A stretch of 64,000 bases of DNA. It comes from an uncultured Lachnospiraceae bacterium (GTDB lineage: Bacteria > Bacillota > Clostridia > Lachnospirales > Lachnospiraceae). Under the pieces are notes generated by a model that saw only the letters and a program-made list of their open reading frames with translations, made no database searches and was not told the origin of the DNA. Below are positions 37,687 through 46,588 of this stretch, in pieces (within the stretch, counting starts at the first letter, position 1; each line of letters opens with the position of its first letter). The position numbers were made by a program, and so were the translations under genes. The stretch is taken from the NCBI GenBank assembly GCA_910578115.1, contig CAJTPO010000004.1, positions 29,539 through 93,538 of the forward strand, written 5' to 3'.

Positions 37687-38429
37687 GAATTATGATTATT
37701 ACAGTTGCAGGGGTGGCAAGTAGATTCAGTCAGTCTATAGGTTGTCCCTGCTTGAAGTGTCTATACTATAAAAATGATATAAAAGAGTCTTTATTGTACC
37801 ACATACTCAGCCAGAATTCAGAGATTGATAAATATGTGATTGTTGGGGGATTTAAATTTGAGGAACTGGAAAGGAGCATTCATCAGTATTTCTCCCAGTT
37901 TTATGATCGCATCATTTTAGTGAAAAATGAAATGTATGAAAAATATGGATCAGGGTACAGTCTATATTTGGGATTGAATGCGATCAAGGATTTAAATTAT
38001 GATGAGCTGGTTTTTGCAGAGGGAGATTTGTGGGTTGATGAAGAGAGCTTTAGACGTGTATGGGAGACCCCCGGAAATGTGATTACATGTAACAATGAGG
38101 CGATTTTAGCAAGTAAGTCCGTTGCATTTTATTATGATCGTGAGTATAGAATTCACTATATATTTGATACTACTCATTCTCTACTGGAAATCAGAGAACC
38201 CTTTCAGGGAATTTTTAATTCGGGACAAATTTGGAAGTTTTCTCAAAAGGATTGTGTTCAAAAAGCTATGGCTGGGCTTACGCAGGAAGAATGGCAGCAG
38301 ACCAATCTTGGTTTTATTCAGAGATATTTTGGATGTCTTAATCAGGAAGGTTATAAAATTGTTAATTTTCAGAAGTGGTTAAATTGTAATACGAAATTTG
38401 ATTTTGATAAAATTGAAGGAATGAAATAG
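37683..38429 (+). CDS. Nucleotidyltransferase-fold protein (MobA/LicC-like NTP transferase), candidate cytidylyl/nucleotidylyl transferase
   Basis: N-terminal MIITVAGVASRF resembles the GxGxR(F/L) NTP-transferase loop. The rest is not recognisable by eye. Confidence 0.5.
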   Translation: MRIMIITVAGVASRFSQSIGCPCLKCLYYKNDIKESLLYHILSQNSEIDKYVIVGGFKFEELERSIHQYFSQFYDRIILVKNEMYEKYGSGYSLYLGLNAIKDLNYDELVFAEGDLWVDEESFRRVWETPGNVITCNNEAILASKSVAFYYDREYRIHYIFDTTHSLLEIREPFQGIFNSGQIWKFSQKDCVQKAMAGLTQEEWQQTNLGFIQRYFGCLNQEGYKIVNFQKWLNCNTKFDFDKIEGMK

Positions 38430-38433
38430 TCAA

Positions 38434-39555
38434 ATGAAAATCGGAATTATTACGTACGAAAGCTTATATTGTAATTTTACAAATTATGGAACTGTATTGC
38501 AGGCATGGGCACTTTTTAAAGTGGTATCCGGTCTTGACATTCTGTATGAGCCGGTTTTGATTGATTATTGTCCTGATATTATGCATGATAAAGATCCACT
38601 TAATCCAATGAAGAATATGTGGGATATGGATTATGAAACGAGAAAAATGTGTGAGCTGTCATTGCCATCTATTAAAATAAATTTTGAAAAGATTAGAAAA
38701 TTCTATTTTGAAAAAATCAGGATGTCAGATCGAAGTTATACATCAGCTACAATTAACAAGGTGGTGGATGAAGGGATTTCTAAATTTATTTGTGGAAGTG
38801 ATTCGATATGGGATATTACGGAGTTTGGAATGGATAGAGGTTTTTTTGCAGATTATCCGATAATGCAGGGAAATTCTATTGCCTATGCGCCAAGCTTTCA
38901 AGATTCTTTTTCGGAGTATTCTCAGGAGGAAAGGAGTCGACTCATCAAATTATTAAATAATTTTTCGGCTGTTGGTATACGTGATGAGGAACCTGTTAGT
39001 GTTCTGTGTAATTATGTGAACAGCGAAGTAAAAAGGGTGGTCGATCCTACATTATTATTGAAGAACAGTGATTTTGATGAGATTGTTGCAGAGAAACAGG
39101 AAAGTGAACGGTATCTGCTATATTATTCTCGAAGATATAATGAAGCGATGGAGCGTTTTGCAGTTGAGACTGCAAAGGCCAGAGGACTGAAAGTAATAGA
39201 GATTAGTTTGCGTCATGAGAATTATGAAAGACACAGAATGTTTTATGAAGCAGGAGTAGAGGAATTTTTATCACTTGTCAAATATGCGGATTGTGTAATC
39301 ACGAATTCATTTCATTGTTTGATTTTTGCCCTTCATTTTGAAAAAGATTTTTATGCTTTTACAAGAGAGCACTGTAACAATAAGATTTGTGAATTGCTTG
39401 CCAGATTAAATTTGGAAGGGAGACTGCTCAAAGATGGCTGTGAAAAAACAAAAAGTAAAATTGACTATTTGGATATAAAAGACCGTTTAGAAAAGGAACG
39501 TTTAGAGTCTTTGGAGTTTTTGGAGAGACAACTTAAAGATATTTGTAGAGGGTGA
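38434..39555 (+). CDS. Polysaccharide pyruvyl transferase family protein (copy 2)
   Basis: IITYESLYCNFTNYGTVLQAWAL...ICGSDSIWD...IAYAPSF...TNSFH. Confidence 0.8.
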   Translation: MKIGIITYESLYCNFTNYGTVLQAWALFKVVSGLDILYEPVLIDYCPDIMHDKDPLNPMKNMWDMDYETRKMCELSLPSIKINFEKIRKFYFEKIRMSDRSYTSATINKVVDEGISKFICGSDSIWDITEFGMDRGFFADYPIMQGNSIAYAPSFQDSFSEYSQEERSRLIKLLNNFSAVGIRDEEPVSVLCNYVNSEVKRVVDPTLLLKNSDFDEIVAEKQESERYLLYYSRRYNEAMERFAVETAKARGLKVIEISLRHENYERHRMFYEAGVEEFLSLVKYADCVITNSFHCLIFALHFEKDFYAFTREHCNNKICELLARLNLEGRLLKDGCEKTKSKIDYLDIKDRLEKERLESLEFLERQLKDICRG

Positions 39556-39559
39556 TAAA

Positions 39560-40772
39560 ATGAAGTCTGTGTACAATGATATTAAGAAACAATGTTTTGG
39601 ATGTGAAATATGTGTGGGGGGGTGTATGTCCCCATAAAGCAATCACTATGGTCGAAGATGAGGAAGGATTTAGATATCCGGAAATTGATCAGGAATTGTG
39701 CATAGATTGCGGTGCATGCAGGCGGATTTGTCCATATATTAATATACCAGAGAAAAATCAGCATAAACCATATGTGTTTGGTGGATATCATAAAAGTTCA
39801 GGGATTAAAGATCAAAGTACTTCGGGTGGAGCATTTTCAGCGATAGCTGAGGTGTTTTGTAATGAAAATTATGTTGTTTTTGGAGCGGCTGTTGAAGGTC
39901 TGAGAGTTTACCACACATATACTGAGGATAAAAAAGAGCTTTATAGGTTTAGAAGATCTAAGTATGTCCAAAGTTTTATGGGAGATTCCTATAAAAGAGC
40001 GATGCAGTTTTTGAAAGACGGAAAGAAGGTTCTTTTTTCAGGAACACCATGTCAAATTGCAGCATTAAATAATTATATTGTCCCCGCGGCGTTAAAAGAA
40101 AATTTATACACAATAGAAGTAGTATGTGAGGGGTTTCCGTCCCCACTTCTAATGAGAAAGTATTTTACGCTACTCAAGGAGCGTCACCATTCATCGGTTA
40201 GAGAAGTAGATTACAGATATAAAGACAGAAACCGGTGGGATTTCGAAGTTATGAAAATAACGTTTGAGAATGGTAAAGTTATGAAAAAGGATAGGTGGTT
40301 TAATCCTTTTTGGATTTTCTGGTCGGAACGTGTTATGGGAAGACCCTCATGTGACGAGTGTCCGTTTAGAACGACAGACAGGGTGGCAGATATTACGTTA
40401 GGTGATTTATGGGGAGTGCATAAATATTGTCCGGAATTATATGGAAATAATGGTGGCAGTTCTTTGGTCGTATGTAACAGTGAGAAGGGAGAAAAACTAT
40501 TTAAACAGGCAGAAAAGCTATTATACGGGCATGAACTGGCATATGAGGATGCATTAAAATATCAAAGACCTATGAGAGTGATCGTTCCGGCAAATGAAAA
40601 AAGAGAAATGTTCATGCATGATCTTAAGGCGTTGGATTATACGTCATTATGTAAGAAATGGAAGCCAAGAACGTCCTTGAAGGTATTGTTCTCTAAATAT
40701 ATATGGGGAAGTAATCGACAGGTTGTTAATTTTTGGAAAGTGAAGTCATATTTTATTAAGCCTAAGACTTAA
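39560..40772 (+). pseudogene. FrhB-like Fe-S flavoprotein (copy 2), frameshifted at a G7 tract near codon 20 (phase-OFF or a sequencing error)
   Basis: ATG 39560 gives MKSVYNDIKKQCFGCEICVGGCMSP*. After the G7 tract the paralogous sequence (VCPHKAITMVEDEEGFRYP...) continues in the +2 frame to 40772. Confidence 0.75.
39616..39622 (+). repeat. Homopolymeric G7 tract at the frameshift point
   Basis: tgtgtGGGGGGGtgtatg. Confidence 0.95.
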
Positions 40773-40870
40773 TTCTCCGGATAGAGTATTAAAAGGATGC
40801 GGTAAGTATTTCAATGACCCAAAGTATAAAGTGCTTTTCTCGTCTATCTTTTTAGGTGAGAGGTGACAAA

Positions 40871-42079
40871 ATGAATTCTGTTTATGATAATACCAAAAGT
40901 CAGTGCTTTGGGTGTGAAATTTGTGTAAAGGTGTGCCCTTATTCAGCAATATTGATGCAGGAAGATGAGGAAGGATTCAGATATCCTCAAATTAATGAAG
41001 AAAAATGTAAAGATTGTGGAGCATGTAAACGTATTTGTCCGTATATCAATCCACCGCAGAAAAATCAAAGAAAACCTTATGTATATGGTGGATATCATAA
41101 AAATAGTGTAATCAGAGATGAGAGTACTTCCGGTGGAGCATTTTCTGCAATAGTGGATGTATTTTGTGATAAAAATTATGTTATTTTCGGAGCAACAGCG
41201 AAAGGATTAGAAATCCATCATGAGTATATTGAAGATAAGAAAGAATTGGGGATATTTAGAAAATCCAAATATGCGCAAAGTTCCATGGGTAATTCTTATT
41301 TGTATGCAGCCAAGTTTTTGGAATCAGGGAAGAAAGTACTTTTTTCAGGTACACCCTGCCAAATTGCGGCTTTGAAAAATTACATTAAGCTGGAGAAGCT
41401 GAAAGAAAATTTGTTGACGGTTGAGGTTGTATGTGAGGGTTTTCCGTCTCCGCTATTGTTAAGAAAGTATTGTGCAATGCTCAAAGAACGTTATCATTCG
41501 TCGGTGAAAGAATTGGATTACAGGTATAAAGATAAGAAGCGCTGGGATTTTCAGGTCATGAAAATTTCATTTGAAAATTGCAGGACAATAAAGGAGGACA
41601 GGTGGTTTAGCCCCTTTTGGATATTCTGGTCGGAGCGCTTAATGAGTAGACCGGCATGTATTGAATGTCCATTTAGAACAACAGATCGGTTAGCGGATAT
41701 TACATTAGGTGATTTGTGGGGAGTGCATAAATATTGTCCGGAATTATATGGAAATAATGGTGGCAGTTCTTTGGTCGTATGTAACAGTGAGAAGGGAGAA
41801 AAACTATTTAAGCAGGCAGAAAAGTTATTATACGGACATGAACTGGCATATGAAGATGCATTAAAATATCAAAGACCTATGAGGGTGATCGTTCCGGCTA
41901 ATGAAAAAAGAGATATGTTCATGGATGATCTTCGTACATTAGATTATAAGGCGCTCTGTAGGAAGTGGAAGCCGAAGACATCCTGGAAGGTATTGTTCTC
42001 AAAATATATAGTGGGAAGTAATCGTCAGATTGTAAATTTGTGGAAACTAAAAACCATTTTTAAAAGGAGAAAAAGATGA
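40871..42079 (+). CDS. FrhB-like Fe-S flavoprotein with a 2x[4Fe-4S] domain (copy 3, intact)
   Basis: CFGCEICVKVCP...CKDCGACKRICP...STSGGAFSA...GTPCQ...ADITLGDLWG. ATG 40871. Confidence 0.8.
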   Translation: MNSVYDNTKSQCFGCEICVKVCPYSAILMQEDEEGFRYPQINEEKCKDCGACKRICPYINPPQKNQRKPYVYGGYHKNSVIRDESTSGGAFSAIVDVFCDKNYVIFGATAKGLEIHHEYIEDKKELGIFRKSKYAQSSMGNSYLYAAKFLESGKKVLFSGTPCQIAALKNYIKLEKLKENLLTVEVVCEGFPSPLLLRKYCAMLKERYHSSVKELDYRYKDKKRWDFQVMKISFENCRTIKEDRWFSPFWIFWSERLMSRPACIECPFRTTDRLADITLGDLWGVHKYCPELYGNNGGSSLVVCNSEKGEKLFKQAEKLLYGHELAYEDALKYQRPMRVIVPANEKRDMFMDDLRTLDYKALCRKWKPKTSWKVLFSKYIVGSNRQIVNLWKLKTIFKRRKR

Positions 42080-43254
42080 CAACATTAAATGAGAAACTGA
42101 ATATTCTGAGAGAAGAATTAAAGAATCGAAAAGCCAGAATTATGATCATTGGGCTGGGCAGTGTGGGCAATTATCTGCTGGATTATCTCATGTCTGCAAG
42201 AGATGAGGAAGTAGAAATCTGTGTAGTTGGACGTAATGGAATAAAGATGCAGTCTGATGTGAATATCGTGAGAGTTGCGTCAATGATCCGGGGGCAGAAT
42301 CGGAGCAGGGTTACAGTCATAGATGGGGTGGATTTGAATCACGTATCAGACATAGAATCAGCAATCAGAGCGTATGGGCCGGATATTATTGTGAACAGCA
42401 GTCGTGCATATTCCGGACTGAAATACGGAAGTATTTCCTGGAAAAATATCCGAGCATATGGAATTTGGACACCATTGTCGATCAAGTATACCAAAAATAT
42501 CATGGAAGCATATGAACAGGTTGGCTCTAAAGCAATCGTGATCAATACGTCCTATTCCGATGCCGTGATCCCATGGCTGAAATCTGCTGGAAAGGCCTAT
42601 CCGGATTTCGGAAGCGGCAATATCAATCATTTGATTCCGAGATTTCAATTTGCGATTGCAGAGAAGATGGGAGTTGATGATTACTGGAATATTGATATTA
42701 CATTTGCTGTGGCTCATTTCCATGATGTAGTGATCAGCAAAGAAGGACAGACCGAAGGGGTGGACATGCTGATGGATGTTCGCTATAAGGGACAGAAGGT
42801 TAATGTAGATGTTAACGCTATAGCTGCTGGCTGCTGTATTCCGATGCCGGTGGATGCAAAGCGTAACATGATGAATGCGTCCAGCAATTTTGAGATAATT
42901 CAGGCAATTCTTACTGCTGTGCGGGATCATAAGAAAGTCAAACTGCATTGTCCGGGTGTTTTTGGCGAGATTGGCGGTTATCCCATAGTGATTGATGGTT
43001 CACAGGAGTTGGTTGAGGCGGCAATTTGCGAGGATTACTTTGACCTTGATACGATGAGAAGGAAAAATCGGGAGTCTATCTATTTAGATGGGATTGAGAA
43101 CGTAGCGGATGGTGTTCTTACATATACTGATGAATTACTTGAGAAAGTCAGAAAGGCATTTGGAGTTGATCTGGTGAAAAACATTGCTTTTAGTGAAATA
43201 GACCAGGTTGCTGAATTTATTGTGAAAGAGATCATTGATAAAAATGCAGGCTGA
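42076..43254 (+). CDS. Rossmann-fold oxidoreductase of uncertain family (saccharopine-dehydrogenase-like N-terminus)
   Basis: RIMIIGLGSVGNYLLDYL (GxGxxG)...EICVVGRN...PDIIVNSS. Overlaps the upstream stop and lies 10 nt upstream of the PEP mutase gene. Confidence 0.45.
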   Translation: MTTLNEKLNILREELKNRKARIMIIGLGSVGNYLLDYLMSARDEEVEICVVGRNGIKMQSDVNIVRVASMIRGQNRSRVTVIDGVDLNHVSDIESAIRAYGPDIIVNSSRAYSGLKYGSISWKNIRAYGIWTPLSIKYTKNIMEAYEQVGSKAIVINTSYSDAVIPWLKSAGKAYPDFGSGNINHLIPRFQFAIAEKMGVDDYWNIDITFAVAHFHDVVISKEGQTEGVDMLMDVRYKGQKVNVDVNAIAAGCCIPMPVDAKRNMMNASSNFEIIQAILTAVRDHKKVKLHCPGVFGEIGGYPIVIDGSQELVEAAICEDYFDLDTMRRKNRESIYLDGIENVADGVLTYTDELLEKVRKAFGVDLVKNIAFSEIDQVAEFIVKEIIDKNAG

Positions 43255-43263
43255 GAGAAAGGC

Positions 43264-44571
43264 ATGGTTATTAAAATGAAAAAAGTATATACATGTTTCT
43301 GTACCAGTGTGATCCATGAAGGACATCTGAATATTATTAAAGAGGCGGAAAAATATGGGGAAGTGATCGTTGGTGTGCTTAGTGACGAGTCTATGGTGCG
43401 CTTTAATAAATTTCCCGCAGTTTCGTTAGAAGAACGTATGGAAATGGTACAGAATATCGAGGGAGTTAAACGTGTTATTGTCCAGAAGGATATTATGTAT
43501 GACGCAGTGATCAGGGAACTGCAGCCGGATTATGTGATTCACGGAGATAATTGGAAAAATGGTCCGATGCAGGCAATCAGGAACAATGTGGCATTGCTGC
43601 TGAGTCAATATGGAGGACAGATCATTGAAGTACCATATACCTATAATGAGCGCGTTAAGCATGCCGATGCATGCATAAAAGAAAAACTGGCTATGCCGGA
43701 ATACAGAAGGAAGAGGCTTAAACAGCTTTTGGGGCTGTGCCCGATTGTTAAAGCAATGGAAGTGCATAGTGGCCTGACCGGATTAATCGTTGAGAAAACG
43801 ATAATTGAGAACAATGGCGCGCTTGACCAGTTTGATGCTATGTGGATAAGCTCCCTGTGTGATTCAACAGCTAAGGGGAAACCTGACATTGAACTGGTTG
43901 ATATGACATCTCGGTTTCGGACGATTGATGATGTTATGGAGGTAACGACAAAACCGATTATTTTTGATGGAGATACAGGCGGGTTAACGGAGCATTTTGT
44001 ATATACGGTTCGTTCTTTAGAGCGAATGGGGGTGTCGGCCGTCATTATAGAAGATAAAACGGGCCTGAAAAAGAATTCTCTTTTTGGTAATGAGGTAGTG
44101 CAGGAATTGGATTCGATTGAACATTTTAGCGAGAAGATCAGAGCGGCGAAGCAGGTTCAGCTGACGGATGACTTTATGATTATTGCGCGTTTGGAAGCAT
44201 TAATTCTTGAGAAGGGACAGGAAGAGGCATTAAGGCGTGCGTGCGCATTTGTGGAAGCGGGTGCGGATGGAATTATGATCCACAGCAGAAAGAAAGCACC
44301 GGATGAGATATTTGAATTTTGTGATGCGTTCCGCAGTATGGATAAGGAGACGCCGATTGTTGTCGTGCCGACGTCCTATAATTCTGTGACGGAACAGGAG
44401 TTGATAAGGCATGGTATTAATATTGTCATTTATGCGAATCAGCTTACCAGAAGTGCATTTCCGGCAATGGAGCAGACTGCCAAGGACATTTTGAGACATC
44501 ATCGTGCGAAGGAAGTAGATGAAAAGCTTATGCCGATCAAGGATATTATATCGTTGATTGATGAATTGTAA
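43264..44571 (+). CDS. aepX: Bifunctional cytidylyltransferase-like domain :: phosphoenolpyruvate phosphomutase
   Basis: N-terminus VYTCFCTSVIHEGHLNIIKEA is an HxGH cytidylyltransferase motif. C-terminus MEVHSGL...IIFDGDTG...SAVIIEDKTGLKKNSL...IIARLEA...GADGIMIHS is PEP mutase/isocitrate-lyase superfamily with the EDK..KKNS signature. Confidence 0.9.
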   Translation: MVIKMKKVYTCFCTSVIHEGHLNIIKEAEKYGEVIVGVLSDESMVRFNKFPAVSLEERMEMVQNIEGVKRVIVQKDIMYDAVIRELQPDYVIHGDNWKNGPMQAIRNNVALLLSQYGGQIIEVPYTYNERVKHADACIKEKLAMPEYRRKRLKQLLGLCPIVKAMEVHSGLTGLIVEKTIIENNGALDQFDAMWISSLCDSTAKGKPDIELVDMTSRFRTIDDVMEVTTKPIIFDGDTGGLTEHFVYTVRSLERMGVSAVIIEDKTGLKKNSLFGNEVVQELDSIEHFSEKIRAAKQVQLTDDFMIIARLEALILEKGQEEALRRACAFVEAGADGIMIHSRKKAPDEIFEFCDAFRSMDKETPIVVVPTSYNSVTEQELIRHGINIVIYANQLTRSAFPAMEQTAKDILRHHRAKEVDEKLMPIKDIISLIDEL

Positions 44572-44621
44572 CATGTCGATGATTGCTATGTGGCAGTTTT
44601 GACTATGAGGGAGATAAAAGA

Positions 44622-45746
44622 ATGAAAGTAGAGAAGCTTTTAGAAATCATTGATTCGGATTTTTATACGGGAGTTCCAGATTCTCAGCTTAAAGCATTGT
44701 GCGATTATCTGATGCAGCACTATGGTATAGATTCAAAAAGGCATTTAATTGCGGCAAACGAAGGTAACTGCACAGCGATTGCAGCAGGGTACCATCTGGC
44801 CACCGGAAAAGTACCTGTAGTTTATATGCAAAACAGCGGGGAAGGAAATATTATTAATCCTGTTACTTCTTTGCTGAATGATAAAGTATACGCAATCCCG
44901 TGTGTTTTTATTATTGGATGGCGCGGAGAACCGGGAATACATGACGAGCCGCAACATATTTATCAAGGGGAAATAACGGTTAAACTTTTGAATGATTTGG
45001 ATATCCAGGCCTTTGTGGTTGGAAAGGAAACAACGGACGAAGAAGTTATAGATGCGATGAATACATTTCGTGTGGCACTCGAAACAGGCAAAAGTGTTGC
45101 TTTCGTAATTCGCAAAGGTGCACTCTCTTATGATGGTAAGGTTGTATATAAGAATGAGAACAGGATGTTAAGAGAGGATATTATTAAGCATATTACAAAG
45201 GTAACGGATCATGATCCTGTCATATCCACGACAGGAAAAGCAAGTCGTGAATTGTATGAGATACGTGAATCAGCCGGTCAGGGGCATCAGTATGATTTTT
45301 TGACAGTTGGTTCCATGGGACATAGTTCTTCTATCGCTCTGGGGATTGCGGTCAATAAGCCGGAAACAAAAATCTGGTGTATAGATGGAGATGGAGCCGC
45401 TCTGATGCATATGGGGGCGATGGCGGTGATTGGGGCGAATACTCCCGATAATCTGGTGCATATCATTATCAACAATGGTTCCCATGAGACAGTTGGTGGA
45501 ATGCCCACTGTAGCAGGAAGTGTGGATTTAACTGGGATTGCCAAAGCATGCGGATATCCTTATGCTGTAAGCGTTGATAGTTTTGAAGAGTTGGACAGAG
45601 AATTGAAAGATGCAAAACAAAGAAACAGACTTAGTATGATTGAGGTGAAATGTGCTATTGGTGCACGTGAAAATTTGGGTAGACCAAAATCTACAGCTGG
45701 AGAGAATAAACGGAATTTCATGGAATATGTAGAAAAGTTACATTAG
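44622..45746 (+). CDS. aepY: Phosphonopyruvate decarboxylase (ThDP-dependent)
   Basis: FYTGVPDSQLKALCDYL...GNCTAIAAGY...IDGDGAALMHMG...NNGSHETVGG. ATG 44622 with RBS GAGGGAG. Confidence 0.9.
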   Translation: MKVEKLLEIIDSDFYTGVPDSQLKALCDYLMQHYGIDSKRHLIAANEGNCTAIAAGYHLATGKVPVVYMQNSGEGNIINPVTSLLNDKVYAIPCVFIIGWRGEPGIHDEPQHIYQGEITVKLLNDLDIQAFVVGKETTDEEVIDAMNTFRVALETGKSVAFVIRKGALSYDGKVVYKNENRMLREDIIKHITKVTDHDPVISTTGKASRELYEIRESAGQGHQYDFLTVGSMGHSSSIALGIAVNKPETKIWCIDGDGAALMHMGAMAVIGANTPDNLVHIIINNGSHETVGGMPTVAGSVDLTGIAKACGYPYAVSVDSFEELDRELKDAKQRNRLSMIEVKCAIGARENLGRPKSTAGENKRNFMEYVEKLH

Positions 45747-45770
45747 CAAGTGATTTAAAGAGGTTATGTG

Positions 45771-46286
45771 ATGCGGCATTTTGACGGAGTAGAATGGAAA
45801 TATAGAATTGTAAAAGTTGTTTGGATTTCGTTGATTGTTGCGTTTGCTTACTATATTTCCAGAAACTGGTATCAAATTTCATTAATTCGTGGTGATTCCA
45901 TGAGTCCATCGTATCACAATATGCAGTTTGTCATGCTTGACAGACATACAAGGGATTATAGTTATGGTGATGTAATTACTTTTCAATGTGAAAATCTGAA
46001 TACTGTATTAGTAAAACGTATTGTTGCATGTCCCGAGGATCAGGTGGTTATCAAAAATGGGATACTGTATGTAAACGATGCGGTCAGTGTAGTTTTTCCG
46101 GAAAAGTTCATTTTTACATATGCTGGAGTTGCGAAGGAGTATGTGAATTTGGAAGAAAACCAGTATTTTGTGATTGGTGATAATCTGGAAAAGAGCAAAG
46201 ATAGCCGATATGCGGAAGTTGGGATTGTATATGGAGATGACATTTTAGGAAGGATACTTCCGTGGAAATCGGTATGTAGTTTGTAA
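45771..46286 (+). CDS. Type I signal peptidase (S26, Ser/Lys dyad)
   Basis: TM anchor, then RGDSMSPSY (Ser box), LVKRIVACPED (Lys box), GDNLEKSKDSRY. Confidence 0.85.
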   Translation: MRHFDGVEWKYRIVKVVWISLIVAFAYYISRNWYQISLIRGDSMSPSYHNMQFVMLDRHTRDYSYGDVITFQCENLNTVLVKRIVACPEDQVVIKNGILYVNDAVSVVFPEKFIFTYAGVAKEYVNLEENQYFVIGDNLEKSKDSRYAEVGIVYGDDILGRILPWKSVCSL

Positions 46287-46320
46287 ATTCGGAGTCTTAT
46301 TTGTAAAGGAGATTAAAGAT

Positions 46321-46578
46321 ATGAAGAGATTAACATTACAGGCACTCAAATTTACTTATTTTGCCGGATGTTTCTGGTACTTATTTACTATACCGGTGCA
46401 GGCGTATATTGATCCGTCGGCAGTTACGTACGTTGTTCAGATGGTAGCGGGCGTTTTAATTGCACTTGGCGCGGTCCTTGCGGTTTTCAGACATAAAATA
46501 TTTGCATTCTTTCGAAAGAACAAAAGTACAAAAGAAGGGCAGGGAACTACAATTGAGTTTAAGGATGTAGATGATTAA
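46321..46578 (+). CDS. Procoat-like mini membrane protein (85 aa), paralogue of 35678..35941
   Basis: ...FTIPVQA then YIDPSAVTYVVQMVAGVLIALGAVLAVF (TM) and RHKIFAFFRKNK. Confidence 0.6.
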   Translation: MKRLTLQALKFTYFAGCFWYLFTIPVQAYIDPSAVTYVVQMVAGVLIALGAVLAVFRHKIFAFFRKNKSTKEGQGTTIEFKDVDD

Positions 46579-46588
46579 GGAGTGATTT

